A stretch of DNA of 64,000 bases. Origin: an uncultured Candidatus Saccharibacteria bacterium. Its GTDB lineage: Bacteria; Patescibacteriota; Minisyncoccia; Phycocordibacterales; UBA2163. The stretch's first letter is position 1; every line of letters starts with the position of its first letter. The DNA lies in the NCBI GenBank assembly GCA_964626705.1, contig CAZVGL010000003.1, forward strand, positions 6,543 through 70,542, written 5' to 3'. Below are positions 9,721 to 20,646 of this stretch, piece after piece. The notes under the pieces are model-generated. The model was given only the letters and a program-made list of their open reading frames with translations. It searched no databases and was not told the origin of the DNA. The position numbers were made by a program, and so were the translations under genes.

Positions 9721-10905
9721 TTAATCATTGGCTATTTTGTGAGCAAATAAGGCTTCTAAAACTAAGAATGGGTCACATCCTTTTTTACTATCTTTAGGCA
9801 TTACGCAGTGTTCATTTAATATTCTACTACTCAACTCTATTACAGTAAATGGTTCTTCTGCAAGCGTAAGTGAGCTAAATTCATCATTTTTTATTATATC
9901 TATAAACCATTTACTCATGTCTGTATCAGCACTTAGTAGTAGTGTTTTTGGTAAAGAAAATCCTTCAGAAAAATCTGATAAGATCTTTCTAAAATGAGAC
10001 AACCATTCTTCCTTCGCTTCTTTTAATGTAGTTTCTATTTTTATAGATTCTGTATCTTTACTTTTTCCACTTATAAAAAGTCGTATCAAAGAATGCGCTT
10101 CTTCAGCGATAGTATTTAAAGAATTTTTGACTTTTCTTATAAAAAAGTTTTTACCAAGTTTAAAAGAAGCAATCTTTTTTATTGTCTCACCTCTAACTAA
10201 TGTTATATCTGTAGTTTCACCACTTATGTCAAGAAGAAGAAAATTCTTTTCAGTCTTAAATATATCTCGTACTGCTGAAAATGAAGAAAGTGCAAATGTA
10301 TTGAAAGATATATTGCTCGAGACAAATATTGTTTCTAGTAGATCCGTCACTTTTTCTTGAACCTCGTCAGACATAGTACTTAAGAATAATGTTGTGTCTA
10401 CGGTAGATGCTTCTTTGCCATATGGATTGTCTATATTATAGCCATTTAATAATATCTGGATTGCACTTTTTTCTATTAATTCATTGTTAGGTTCTATAAA
10501 TTTTTTAGATTCTTCATCTAATATATTTGAGATAATCTTTGAAGATATAGTAAACGGCTTTTTCTCTTTAATTTTCGTATTTTTTATTTCAGCTTTATAC
10601 CATGGAGATCCAAGTATGCAAAATACATCCTTTATATTTTTTGTTCCTATCTTTTCAGTGAATAATTTACTCATCCCTTTTGCTTCAATGTTTTTAGCAG
10701 CTTTTTTTAGAGCTGCCAAAGTAGCAGCAATAAGATGCTTATCTTCGATCTGGTCTTGGAAGGCAATAAATACACGTGTATCGTATAATACATTAAGTTT
10801 ATTGGCATCTTCGTCAAACACAACGAGAGCTGCTCCAACACTAGCACTACCAATATCAAAAACAATAAATGGTGACTGCGTATTCCCTTTTTTTGAGGAA
10901 GACAT
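9721..10905 (-). CDS. FtsA/actin-fold-like protein
   Basis: FDIGSASVGA and LDISGETTD resemble actin phosphate-1 and phosphate-2 motifs. Confidence 0.6.
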   Translation of the reverse strand: MSSSKKGNTQSPFIVFDIGSASVGAALVVFDEDANKLNVLYDTRVFIAFQDQIEDKHLIAATLAALKKAAKNIEAKGMSKLFTEKIGTKNIKDVFCILGSPWYKAEIKNTKIKEKKPFTISSKIISNILDEESKKFIEPNNELIEKSAIQILLNGYNIDNPYGKEASTVDTTLFLSTMSDEVQEKVTDLLETIFVSSNISFNTFALSSFSAVRDIFKTEKNFLLLDISGETTDITLVRGETIKKIASFKLGKNFFIRKVKNSLNTIAEEAHSLIRLFISGKSKDTESIKIETTLKEAKEEWLSHFRKILSDFSEGFSLPKTLLLSADTDMSKWFIDIIKNDEFSSLTLAEEPFTVIELSSRILNEHCVMPKDSKKGCDPFLVLEALFAHKIAND

Positions 10906-10968
10906 AAGTTAATTATATACAAAGTTACACATGTATCCAAGCATCATCTTTGGATAGATAGTAGAATC

Positions 10969-12696
10969 TTATTCTAAAATAGCTTTTATTCTACGAACTC
11001 CGGCAGATACAGACTCTTCTTTTTTGATTTTAAAGTGCCCTATCTCTAGTGTGTTTTTAACATGAGGACCACCGCAAAGTTCCGCACTATACAGCTCTTC
11101 TTTATTGCCTATTTTATATACTGTGACGATCTCTCCATATTTATCTCCAAATTCACCTATAACACCTTGCTCGCGAGCTTCTTCTATAGATACCTCCTCG
11201 TTAGTCACTCCAAGTCCTTCTTGTATTTTATCATTTACTATTTTCTCAACCTCTTGTTTTTGCTCGTCTGTCATCTTTTCTCCATAAGAAAAGTCAAAGC
11301 GCATTCTCTCTGAAGTAATATTACTACCCTTTTGTGCTACACCTTCCCCCAATACATCTTTAAGTGCACGGAGTAATAAGTGTGTCGCTGTATGGTATTT
11401 TGTAGATTGTACACCTGTGTCTGCAAGTCCTCCTTTAAACTTCTGTTCCGCACCTGCACGTGAGAGTTCTTGATGAGCTTTCATCTTTTTAGTAAATTCC
11501 TCCTCATCAACAGTAATATTTTCTTCTAGAGCTAGCTCTAGAGTTAATTCTAGAGGAAAGCCGTACGTTGTAAAAAGTATAAAAGCATTTTCGCCTGAAA
11601 TACTTCCCTTTCCGCTTAATTTTTCAAACTCTTTAAGTCCTTTTTCAAGAGTTTTTTTAAATTTTTCTTCTTCTTTTATTATTTCTTCGTTTTTGTCTGC
11701 AATGTCACTTAATTTAATATCAAGATTATTTGCAAACCGTATAGCTCTACGCAAAAGTCTACGTAAAACGTACCCTTGCTCTGTATTTGAAGGTATTACA
11801 CCATCTATGATTAGAACTTCTGCAGCTCTAACATGGTCAGCTATTATTCTAAATGCTTTTTTATTTTCTTCATATGATTTACCGCTTATTTCTCCTATTT
11901 TTTTAATTACAGAGGCAATAGTATCAATATTAAAAATATCACTATCGTCGTTCGTTGCGGAGGTCAAGCGCTCAAGCCCGCCACCAAAGTCTACATTCTT
12001 AGCTGGTAGATGTGCAAAACTTCCATCTTCTTGTTTAATGTATTCCATAAATACAGAGTTCCCTATTTCCATAAACCTTCCGCAATCGCAGTTTGTATGA
12101 CATTCCTCCCCAAAGCTTTTGTCGTGTTCAGTTCCAAAATCATAGAACACTTCACTGTCAGGTCCACCTGGTTCTCCAGCTGGCATTTGTTCTGGTGTGC
12201 CAGACCGGCTCCACCAGTTTTTTTCTACACCATAGTACGATATTCTTTCGTCGCTACCAAGTAGTTTTTCCCAAATATTTGCACTCTCTGTATCTTTTGG
12301 TATTCCAGTTTTTTCATCTCCAGCAAAGATAGTTATATGAAGTTTATTTGCATCGAGCTTTATCTCTTTTGTTAAAAACTCAAATAACCAAGGGATTTGT
12401 TCTTGTTTAAAATAATCTCCAAAAGACCAATTACCAAGCATCTCAAAGTATGTAGTGTGTCTGTTGTCCCCCACCTCTTCTATGTCTTCTGCACGGAAAC
12501 ATTTTTGTGAATTTGTAACTCTTTTTCCTTTTGAATGTTCTTTGCCGAGAAAGTACGGTAAAAGTGGTTGCATACCAGAGTTTATAAAAAGTGTTGTTGG
12601 ATCGTCTTTTGGCACGATAGGCACAGGCGAAATAACAGCATGTCCACGCTTTTCAAAAAACTCTAAATATTTTTTTCTTACTTCATCTACACGCAT
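10969..12696 (-). CDS. alaS: Alanine--tRNA ligase (short form without C-Ala domain)
   Basis: DPTTLFINSGMQP, HTTYFEMLGNWSFGDYFK, HTATHLL, ELCGGPHV; ends GVRRIKAILE. Confidence 0.96.
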   Translation of the reverse strand: MRVDEVRKKYLEFFEKRGHAVISPVPIVPKDDPTTLFINSGMQPLLPYFLGKEHSKGKRVTNSQKCFRAEDIEEVGDNRHTTYFEMLGNWSFGDYFKQEQIPWLFEFLTKEIKLDANKLHITIFAGDEKTGIPKDTESANIWEKLLGSDERISYYGVEKNWWSRSGTPEQMPAGEPGGPDSEVFYDFGTEHDKSFGEECHTNCDCGRFMEIGNSVFMEYIKQEDGSFAHLPAKNVDFGGGLERLTSATNDDSDIFNIDTIASVIKKIGEISGKSYEENKKAFRIIADHVRAAEVLIIDGVIPSNTEQGYVLRRLLRRAIRFANNLDIKLSDIADKNEEIIKEEEKFKKTLEKGLKEFEKLSGKGSISGENAFILFTTYGFPLELTLELALEENITVDEEEFTKKMKAHQELSRAGAEQKFKGGLADTGVQSTKYHTATHLLLRALKDVLGEGVAQKGSNITSERMRFDFSYGEKMTDEQKQEVEKIVNDKIQEGLGVTNEEVSIEEAREQGVIGEFGDKYGEIVTVYKIGNKEELYSAELCGGPHVKNTLEIGHFKIKKEESVSAGVRRIKAILE

Positions 12697-12718
12697 ATTG
12701 CTAACATTATAACACGAG

Positions 12719-14488
12719 TTATATCTTAACGCTTTTGACTAATTGTTCAAGTTTTATTATATCTTTTTCAATACTCAATACCGCATTTTTGAAAAAATCA
12801 GACTTTGTGGTATCTATACCAATGTCTTTAAATATATTGTCTGGGCTTTTACTTCCACCTGCTGAAAGGAATTTCTTTATTTGTTTTCCAAAATTTTTGT
12901 CTTTTTTTAATTCATCATTAAGTGCACGACTTATGATTTGTCCGTAAGAATATGAATACACGTAGAAAAATCTCCTAAAATGCGACCACGTTACAAAGTT
13001 AAGTCCATCTATTTTTTGCATCTTAACCGCAGGTCCTAAGTATGCACTCATGTGTTTGTTATGAAGCTCTCCGATGTCATCTGCTGAAAGTAAACCTTTG
13101 GCACGAATACTATTGTGAAGTTCTGTTTCAAAGTTAAATGCTGCAATTTGTCGAAATATTGTTTCTATATCTCCTTGTATCTTGTCATGTAATGCTACTA
13201 CTTTTTCTTTTTCATTTAATTTTTCAAACATTACATCAAATGCCATTTGTTCGAAGAATGTACTGGCAGTTTCTGCAACAGGTGTTACATATCCTTCATA
13301 TATAACAGGTTGGCTTTTGCTTAGTTCGCTGTGTATTGCATGCCCCATCTCATGGGCAAATGTCATAAGCGACTTGAAATCATCCGTTTGGTTTAGAAGT
13401 ACAACTGTTGGTACATTTGTAGATGCTGACATATACGCCCCACCCGTTTTCCCAAGTTTTGGATATACGTCTATCTGGCCGTTTGAAAGCATGCTGTCTA
13501 ATATCTTTGCATATTCTGGATCGGCATCTTTAAATATTGGATGTAATATCTCATATGCATCTTTGAAAGAAATTTTCTTTTTTGTGCTTCCGACTTTAGC
13601 ACTTCTGTCACAGTACTCCATAGTGTTAAGCTTTAGCATCTTTTTCTTTAACTTATAAAAACGATTACTTATACCAAAACTTCCTGTAACAGTATCTACA
13701 AGGTTTATGATACTTTTCTCGCCATTTTCATACCCTAATACAGTTGCGCTGTATGGATTTTTGAAACCACGGAGTTCGTCACTAATTTTCTTATTAAGTA
13801 CAACTGCATTCATTTCACTTTCTGCAAAATCAGCAATTAACTCTAGTTTTTCTGCAATAGCTTTACGAAGATCTTTTCTATCTTTAGTGTTAAGGTTTGG
13901 GATCTGATATTGAGCTTCACCAATAGACATAACCTTACCTTTGAACTTCACAGTCTTTTTACTTATAGATTTTTCTACCCCGTTTACCCATAATCCGTGG
14001 CTCGGTAAGCTTTTTAGGTTCATTATTTTTTCTTCTGGTTCTGTAAGGTCGTGCTTACTTGCTTCAAAGGTTTTTTCAAGTAAATAATGATATTTAGAAA
14101 GTTTCTTACTTTTTAAAAATTTGTCTTGTAACTTTTTTTCAATTTTTCCAAGCTCTAATCCAAAAAATAAAGTTTTATTCTCATACTCTGTTAATTCATT
14201 TATTATTTTATTTAGATTAGCTTCGGCTTCTTCATCCTTACCATTTATATCTTTTCTATAGTGAAAATACAGAACAGATTTACTTCCGTCTGTAAGTAAG
14301 AGTTTCTCATAGTCTTGAAGTGCTTTAAGAAGTCCATCTTCACTTTTTAAATAATCGCTATTTCCTGCATACTTTTTTTCAAATAGAAGAGTCGTTTTTT
14401 TAGATTTTTCTATATCTTTACGTATCTGCGGATCGGTACTAGATTTATAGAATAAATTTAGATCCCATTTAGTTTTTATTTTTATCAT
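12719..14488 (-). CDS. M3 family oligoendopeptidase (PepF-like)
   Basis: WDL N-terminus, GKTGGAY, HEMGHAIH, AETASTFFE, YVYSYSYG. Confidence 0.92.
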   Translation of the reverse strand: MIKIKTKWDLNLFYKSSTDPQIRKDIEKSKKTTLLFEKKYAGNSDYLKSEDGLLKALQDYEKLLLTDGSKSVLYFHYRKDINGKDEEAEANLNKIINELTEYENKTLFFGLELGKIEKKLQDKFLKSKKLSKYHYLLEKTFEASKHDLTEPEEKIMNLKSLPSHGLWVNGVEKSISKKTVKFKGKVMSIGEAQYQIPNLNTKDRKDLRKAIAEKLELIADFAESEMNAVVLNKKISDELRGFKNPYSATVLGYENGEKSIINLVDTVTGSFGISNRFYKLKKKMLKLNTMEYCDRSAKVGSTKKKISFKDAYEILHPIFKDADPEYAKILDSMLSNGQIDVYPKLGKTGGAYMSASTNVPTVVLLNQTDDFKSLMTFAHEMGHAIHSELSKSQPVIYEGYVTPVAETASTFFEQMAFDVMFEKLNEKEKVVALHDKIQGDIETIFRQIAAFNFETELHNSIRAKGLLSADDIGELHNKHMSAYLGPAVKMQKIDGLNFVTWSHFRRFFYVYSYSYGQIISRALNDELKKDKNFGKQIKKFLSAGGSKSPDNIFKDIGIDTTKSDFFKNAVLSIEKDIIKLEQLVKSVKI

Positions 14489-14497
14489 ATTTTTAAA

Positions 14498-14532
14498 AAC
14501 AATATCGCCAGATAATGTCTGGCGATATTGTT
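14498..14532. terminator. Intrinsic terminator after greA
   Basis: aacaatatcgccaga...tctggcgatattgtt hairpin with A/T tails. Confidence 0.7.
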
Positions 14533-14544
14533 TATTTTTATAAT

Positions 14545-15012
14545 TTATTTTATCCCTACAACTTTATAATTCATCTTTCCGTTAGGAGTTGTAAATGAGA
14601 ATGTCTCACCTTTTTTCTTTTCCATCATGGCTCCACCAAGTGGCGAAAGGTGCGATATTTTTCTTTCTTGCATGTCTGCCTCTTCTGATCCTACTATTAA
14701 ATAAGTTCTAGTTTCTTTTTCACCATCTTTTTGTATGTCTACCTCAGAACCAAGGGATACAGTGTCGGTGCTTTTTTGTGCGACGATTTTAGCTGTTTTT
14801 AATATAGATTCAAGTTTGTTTATTCTATCTTCTGTTGCAGCTTGTAAGTCACGCGCTTCGTGGTATTCTGCATTTTCTGAAATGTCACCAAGTGAACGTG
14901 CGTACTCAAGATTCTCTGCAATCTCTTTTCTACGTGTTGTTTTAAGAAAATCAAGCTCCTTCTGAAGCTCGTCAAATTTCTCTTTAGTCAAGAATTCATT
15001 TTCTGTTGTCAT
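14545..15012 (-). CDS. greA: Transcription elongation factor GreA
   Basis: GDISENAEYHEA, IVGSEEAD, ISHLSPLG. Confidence 0.96.
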   Translation of the reverse strand: MTTENEFLTKEKFDELQKELDFLKTTRRKEIAENLEYARSLGDISENAEYHEARDLQAATEDRINKLESILKTAKIVAQKSTDTVSLGSEVDIQKDGEKETRTYLIVGSEEADMQERKISHLSPLGGAMMEKKKGETFSFTTPNGKMNYKVVGIK

Positions 15013-15060
15013 ATTAGTGTATATTTTATCTTATCTAAAATAAGAGTCAAGTTTTAAATT

Positions 15061-16776
15061 TTATCTTAAATACTCTGGTGTGTTTTCTGTCATCCATTCT
15101 AGAAGTTGGCGCATTATATACAAGGCGCCGATAGTATTACTCTCTCTTCCTTTTTCCATTATAACAGTAAAAGCGTACTTGGGATTATCATATGGAAAGA
15201 AGCCTACGACAAGAGAGTTTACATATGTTTTAGTTGTACCGAGTTGTGCAGTACCAGTTTTAGCAGCTACTTTCACTTGTGGTATTTTGAGCCCTTTTGC
15301 AGTGCCATCTGTCACTGACTGTCGCATCCCTTCCCTTACTATTGAATAATATTTTTTACGTACAGATGCTCTGTCTGACTCCCCGCCACCACCTAAAAGT
15401 AAGGTTGGTTTGTAGAGTTTACCTTCGTTTGCTATTGCTGATACAGCACGTGCAAGTTGTAGGGCTGTTACTTGGAAACCATATTGACCAATAGCGGTAT
15501 GATATGTATCACCAATCCTCCATTCATCACCAGGAAAGTTTTCTTCTTTCCATTGAGGGTTTGGTATTACTCCGTCTTTCTCATCTAATACTTCGTCTTG
15601 ATAAATGTTTGTTTTTTCTCCAAAGCCAAACATCCTCATATACTCTTCGATTCTTTTAATCCCTAACCCTTCTTGACCTTTAAAACCACCACCTACTTCA
15701 TAAAAATATACATTAGATGATACAGCGATAGCGTCTCTCATATCTACAAGCCCATGCGCTTTCCAGTCTACAAAAACAGATTCTTTGTCCTTAAAATATG
15801 GATTTGGTATAGATATAGATCCGGTACTTAAGATCTGCTTATTGGGATCGATCAGTTTTTCATTAAGTGCACCGAGTGAAACAAAAAGCTTTACAGTCGA
15901 ACCTGGAGTATATAAACCGGAAGTTGTTCTGTTGAGGTATGGATTATTTTTATCTTGCGCGTATTGAGTTATTTTTTCTTTAGGTTCACCATCTGAAAGT
16001 ACTTGTGAATTATATTCAGGAAAGCTCGTCATAGACAAGATCTCTCCACTGTTTACATCCATAATCACTCCAGCTCCACCATCGAAACCCACTTCGTTCA
16101 CTAGATTTTCTATAAATTCGTACATTTTATTTTGTACTCGTGCATCTATAGAAAGAGTTACGTTACCGCCCTCCTTTGGAGGTAAGGTGACACTTTCTGA
16201 CTCTACTTCCATGCGTGCATTTGTTTCTACTATCTTAAGTCCAGGACTTCCGCTTAATATTTTATTGTATAGTTTTTCTACTCCAGCTTTTGGTATAAAT
16301 TCATTTTGATAATATACACCAGACTTATCTTTAAGTGGATAGCTCACATACCCAAGTATGTGTGAAAGACCAGATAGTTCTGAGTATTTTCTTCTTGAGA
16401 AATCTTCTTCGTCAGTTGCTGAATTTTCTTTTGCATTCCATACAAGTTCTGTGTTGTTTCTGTCGTAGATCACACCACGATCCGCAAATACTATGGAATT
16501 ATCTAATCTATTATTTTCACTAATAGATGCAAAGGTTTTACCTTGACCAATTTGTAGATCCCAAACTTTCCATCCAAATATTATGATAATAATAAAAAAG
16601 ACTACTCCAATAGCAACAACCGAACTTCTTGAGATCGGTCGTTCTATTCTCCCTTCAAACTGGTCTGTATTAAACTCCGGTAAGTTCGTAGAGTCAATAA
16701 AGATCTCATCGGGTTCTATTTCCCTATTTCGAATAGAATTCCTTCTAGATATTTTTCTTAAGTGTTTAAATACCAT
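15061..16776 (-). CDS. mrdA: Penicillin-binding protein 2 (elongasome)
   Basis: STVK, SSN, KTGTAQ; follows mreBC. Confidence 0.88.
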   Translation of the reverse strand: MVFKHLRKISRRNSIRNREIEPDEIFIDSTNLPEFNTDQFEGRIERPISRSSVVAIGVVFFIIIIIFGWKVWDLQIGQGKTFASISENNRLDNSIVFADRGVIYDRNNTELVWNAKENSATDEEDFSRRKYSELSGLSHILGYVSYPLKDKSGVYYQNEFIPKAGVEKLYNKILSGSPGLKIVETNARMEVESESVTLPPKEGGNVTLSIDARVQNKMYEFIENLVNEVGFDGGAGVIMDVNSGEILSMTSFPEYNSQVLSDGEPKEKITQYAQDKNNPYLNRTTSGLYTPGSTVKLFVSLGALNEKLIDPNKQILSTGSISIPNPYFKDKESVFVDWKAHGLVDMRDAIAVSSNVYFYEVGGGFKGQEGLGIKRIEEYMRMFGFGEKTNIYQDEVLDEKDGVIPNPQWKEENFPGDEWRIGDTYHTAIGQYGFQVTALQLARAVSAIANEGKLYKPTLLLGGGGESDRASVRKKYYSIVREGMRQSVTDGTAKGLKIPQVKVAAKTGTAQLGTTKTYVNSLVVGFFPYDNPKYAFTVIMEKGRESNTIGALYIMRQLLEWMTENTPEYLR

Positions 16777-17029
16777 AGAACATTAATCTCTTTTTAATGA
16801 AGTAAGCAGTTATAAATATAGCAACAGCACTTACTGTAAATAAAAATTGTATATTAGAAAAATCAGGTACAGAAGTACTATATAAGATATCTGCAAATAT
16901 CCCCCAAAGCATTATTTCGTACGCTTTAAATTTAAACAAAAAACCTAAAACCACTATTAAAGTAATCCACCACGGTAAAAACAAAATACTCCCAAACATC
17001 AATATATTAAAAACAATCCTCAAAGCCAT
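16766..17029 (-). CDS. Small multi-TM protein in the MreD position
   Basis: Hydrophobic 87 aa with GIFADILY, between mreC and mrdA. Confidence 0.55.
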   Translation of the reverse strand: MALRIVFNILMFGSILFLPWWITLIVVLGFLFKFKAYEIMLWGIFADILYSTSVPDFSNIQFLFTVSAVAIFITAYFIKKRLMFYGI

Positions 17030-17070
17030 AATGAGAGCATTATATCATACCCATAAACCTATCAAACCAG

Positions 17071-17883
17071 TTACTTTTTAGATTTAACAACCTGCACCCA
17101 CTTTATGTCATTCATATTAATTGGGTTTTTGAAGAGAATAGTGATAAATGGATCAGATGGATTAGCTTCTATTTCCTCAATCACTGCAAAGAGTTTTATA
17201 TCTATACTTGGCATTGTTATTATATCCCCCTTCTCTACTTCAGTACCGCGTGGTAGCTCTACTATAAAATTACCGCCACCCATTCCCTCTGCATTAGCGG
17301 ATATGTTATGCAGACCTATAGATATCGGTGTTATTTCTCCTGGAGATGAAAATAGTTTTACTGTTGATGTGTTTTTATAAACTCCATCGACTTTTCCTAT
17401 AAATATATTTCCAGATACGTAGACATCGTTTCCATATTCTATATTAGAACTTTCTCCAATATCTATAATAAAAGTATCGTAAGGAGATACATTTGGTCTT
17501 GCTAATACTGCACCAAGTACCGTGTTTTTAATATCAAAAGTTTCTCTATTTAAAAGCTCTTTAAGGGATTCATTTTCTTGCTTTAAGAATTCAAATTCCA
17601 AAAGTTTAAATTCTGTTTCTTTTATTTTATTTTTCAAATCTTCATTCTCAAAAACAAGAGAGCGTTTAGAGCGAAGAAGTTGCGATGAGTTTATTACACC
17701 TTCCACTGAAGAATTCTTAGCTTTCCAAAACGGCGATACGATTAGTTGTGTAGTGCTCGTAAATGCATTCGGAAAGAAAATACGCACAATAATTATTATT
17801 GCTATTACTATAAGGATTATTACAAAGATCTTTGTAAACAGTCCCTGTCTTTGTTCTTTATGATGTAGGAGATAATTGCTCAT
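17071..17883 (-). CDS. mreC: Rod shape-determining protein MreC
   Basis: TM, coiled coil ENESLKELL, beta domain; follows mreB. Confidence 0.9.
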   Translation of the reverse strand: MSNYLLHHKEQRQGLFTKIFVIILIVIAIIIIVRIFFPNAFTSTTQLIVSPFWKAKNSSVEGVINSSQLLRSKRSLVFENEDLKNKIKETEFKLLEFEFLKQENESLKELLNRETFDIKNTVLGAVLARPNVSPYDTFIIDIGESSNIEYGNDVYVSGNIFIGKVDGVYKNTSTVKLFSSPGEITPISIGLHNISANAEGMGGGNFIVELPRGTEVEKGDIITMPSIDIKLFAVIEEIEANPSDPFITILFKNPINMNDIKWVQVVKSKK

Positions 17884-18934
17884 CGTCTGGTGCTAAAAGT
17901 ATTTCTTCATATGCATCTATGTCCTCTAGTATAACACCTGTACCACGCACTACAGCTGTAAGAGGGTCATCTGATATATATACTGGGAATTGTAACATCT
18001 CACCTAAAAGCTCTGGCATACCCTTTATAAGGGCACCTCCACCGACCACAAAAGCTCCTCTTTGCATCACGTCTGACAATACTTCAGGTGGAGTTGTTTC
18101 AAGTACTTCTCTTGTAGCATCTATAATATGATCAACTGAATTTGATATAGCTTCACGAATATCAGAATCTGTAATAATAACTTCTCTTGGCAGCCCTGTC
18201 ACCAAATCTCTGCCTCTCACAGTAGATTCAATAGGCTCATCCCCCTCTATTACAGAGCACACTGCAATTTTTAAATCTTCTGCTGTTTTCTCACCTATTA
18301 AAATCTTAAATTCATTTCTTATATAAAAAATTATGTCAGAATTAAATTTATCCCCCGCTATACGTACATTTTTTGAACGTACTATACCATTAAGAGAAAC
18401 CACTGCTATGTCAGATGTCCCGCCACCTATGTCTATTACCATATTACCAATAGGCTCTTTTACTGGAAGACGTATACCAATAGTTGCAGCCATTGGTTCT
18501 TCTACTATATGAACTTCTCTAGCTCCTGCATTTCGCGCTGCATCACGTACAGCACGTGTCTCAACACTTGTAATACCAGATGGAACACCTATGACAACCC
18601 TAGGTCTTAGGAATTTTTTTAGATGAGTCTGTGCTTTATTTATTAAATAGCTAAGCATTTCTTCCGTTACTTCAAAATCAGATATCACACCATCAACAAG
18701 TGGTCGTACAGCGACAATATGCCCAGGAGTTCTTCCCAACATTTCTTTTGCTTGGTGTCCAACAGCAACCACACGCCCTGTCTTTTGGTTTACGGCAACA
18801 ACTGACGGCTCGTTTATAACGATCCCTCGCCCTCTTAAGTACACAAGTGTGTTTGCAGTTCCTAAGTCAATCCCTATATCGTTTGAAAAAAGTCTATAGA
18901 ATTTATCAAAATATTTTTTTATTTTACCTCGCAT
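17858..18934 (-). CDS. mreB: Rod shape-determining protein MreB
   Basis: DIGIDLGTANT, EPSVVA, DIGGGTSD, GGGALI. Confidence 0.97.
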   Translation of the reverse strand: MRGKIKKYFDKFYRLFSNDIGIDLGTANTLVYLRGRGIVINEPSVVAVNQKTGRVVAVGHQAKEMLGRTPGHIVAVRPLVDGVISDFEVTEEMLSYLINKAQTHLKKFLRPRVVIGVPSGITSVETRAVRDAARNAGAREVHIVEEPMAATIGIRLPVKEPIGNMVIDIGGGTSDIAVVSLNGIVRSKNVRIAGDKFNSDIIFYIRNEFKILIGEKTAEDLKIAVCSVIEGDEPIESTVRGRDLVTGLPREVIITDSDIREAISNSVDHIIDATREVLETTPPEVLSDVMQRGAFVVGGGALIKGMPELLGEMLQFPVYISDDPLTAVVRGTGVILEDIDAYEEILLAPDDEQLSPTS

Positions 18935-20151
18935 AATTTAATCAGCTCGTCTTCTGTCATATCTTTTGTTTCCCCGGTCGCCCTATTTGTGTATTCAAAC
19001 TTACCTGAATCTTTATTTCTATCAGATACTACTATCCTGTGAGGTATACCCATAAGATCAGCATCTGCAAACTTTTGCCCAGCCTGTGCATCCCTGTCGT
19101 CATATAGCACTTCTATATTAGCTTTTATTAGCTTATTGTAAAACTCACTACTGTCTGTGAGTCCAATTAGATGAACCTTAAACGGAGCTATAGATTCAGG
19201 CCATACTATACCCTTATCATCTGAGAGTATTTCAACTACTGTACCCATAACCCTACCAAGCCCTATACCGTAACTTCCCATGATAGGTAGATTTTTTTTA
19301 CCGTCTTCACCTTTGTAAAAAAGACCTTCAGCTTCTGCAAATTTTGTACCAAGTGAAAAAATATTCCCAACTTCAATAGATTTTTTTTCTACAAGCTTAT
19401 TTTTTTCTAAACCTACATCACTTAATACTTCGTCTGTAAAAACCTCTTTGTTTACAGCAATCTTTTTTTCTTCGTCTATATATATAATATCTTCCCCAGC
19501 TTCTGAAAGTGTTTGGAATTCATCACTAAATTTAGAAAATGACCCACCACTTGCAAATGTTCTGTATGTCTTACTTCCCAAACCAACTCTTTCAAACACC
19601 TCCATGTAAGCTCTCGCTGCTTTTTCGTAAAATTCTTTATGTTCTTGCTCTGTGCGTGAGAATGAATACATGTCTTTCATTAGAAACTCACGTCCACGCA
19701 TAATACCACTTTTAGCACGCAATTCGTTTCTAAATTTTGTTTGTATTTGGTATGGATACAAAGGCAAGTCTTTATATGAATTAATATGATTAGTTAAAAG
19801 TTTCGTAAGCGGCTCCTCATGAGTATTTGCAATACCTAGTTCATTATTGTTTTTAAGTTTTGTCTTAAACCAGTTATCTACTACTTCATCATCCCATCTA
19901 CCACTTTTTTTCCATATTTCAGGGTCTTGGAGTGTTGTTAAAAGCATTTCCTGCCCACCAACTTTATTCATCTCTTCTCTTATGATATTCTCTATTTTTC
20001 TGAGTACTCGAAGTCCAAGTGGTAGATATGTATAGACTCCAGCCATTTCTTTATGGACAAAACCTCCTCGGATAAGAAGCTGTGCATTTAAAGACACTTC
20101 ATCAGAAGGGGCTTCTTTTCTTGTTTTAGTAAAAAGTCTACTCTGTAACAT
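18919..20151 (-). CDS. proS: Proline--tRNA ligase (no editing insertion)
   Basis: THEE, QIQTKFRNELR, REFLMKDMYSF, GSYGIGLGR, anticodon-binding domain. Confidence 0.95.
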   Translation of the reverse strand: MLQSRLFTKTRKEAPSDEVSLNAQLLIRGGFVHKEMAGVYTYLPLGLRVLRKIENIIREEMNKVGGQEMLLTTLQDPEIWKKSGRWDDEVVDNWFKTKLKNNNELGIANTHEEPLTKLLTNHINSYKDLPLYPYQIQTKFRNELRAKSGIMRGREFLMKDMYSFSRTEQEHKEFYEKAARAYMEVFERVGLGSKTYRTFASGGSFSKFSDEFQTLSEAGEDIIYIDEEKKIAVNKEVFTDEVLSDVGLEKNKLVEKKSIEVGNIFSLGTKFAEAEGLFYKGEDGKKNLPIMGSYGIGLGRVMGTVVEILSDDKGIVWPESIAPFKVHLIGLTDSSEFYNKLIKANIEVLYDDRDAQAGQKFADADLMGIPHRIVVSDRNKDSGKFEYTNRATGETKDMTEDELIKLCEVK

Positions 20152-20194
20152 CTCCTAATAGTACCGTAAAATAAGAAATGGGTCAAAAACAACA

Positions 20195-20244
20195 AAAAAT
20201 TAACGGCTCAACCTTACATCTGTAAGGTTGAGCCGTTAATTTTT
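20195..20244. repeat. Perfect inverted repeat (24-bp arms), terminator/REP-like, at the island boundary
   Basis: aaaaattaacggctcaaccttaca-tc-tgtaaggttgagccgttaattttt. Confidence 0.85.
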
Positions 20245-20262
20245 CACTAGTATAAATAGTTT

Positions 20263-20637
20263 TTATTCTGCTAATCTCTCTTTAACTATTCTTACGAGAT
20301 CGTCTACTTTTGTTTTATCTTTTACTAAATAAGTATATACTCCACCTTCCATAGCATCAGCTATCTTATTAATATCACTTACTATTGATAATACGATAAT
20401 ATTTAAATCTTTATACTTATCGTTTTCTCGAATTTTTTTGAGTATCTCTATTCCATTTATTTTTGGAAGCAATATATCAAGAAGTATTAGATCAATATTT
20501 TCTGATTCTATTAGGCTCAGACCTTCTTCTCCATCAGATGCATGTAGAACATTAAAACCAGCTTCAGAAAGTGACTCTATAAGCATTTTTGATAATATCT
20601 CTTCGTCTTCTATAACTGCTATTGTCTTTTTCTCCAT
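20263..20637 (-). CDS. Single-domain response regulator (receiver only)
   Basis: IEDE, LLDILLP (phospho-Asp), conserved Ser and Lys. Confidence 0.92.
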   Translation of the reverse strand: MEKKTIAVIEDEEILSKMLIESLSEAGFNVLHASDGEEGLSLIESENIDLILLDILLPKINGIEILKKIRENDKYKDLNIIVLSIVSDINKIADAMEGGVYTYLVKDKTKVDDLVRIVKERLAE

Positions 20638-20646
20638 AATCCTAAA

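Noticed and set aside
10969-12696. AlaRS truncation as a pseudogene
   Set aside because: Catalytic and editing motifs are intact with a clean end; short AlaRS forms are known in reduced genomes
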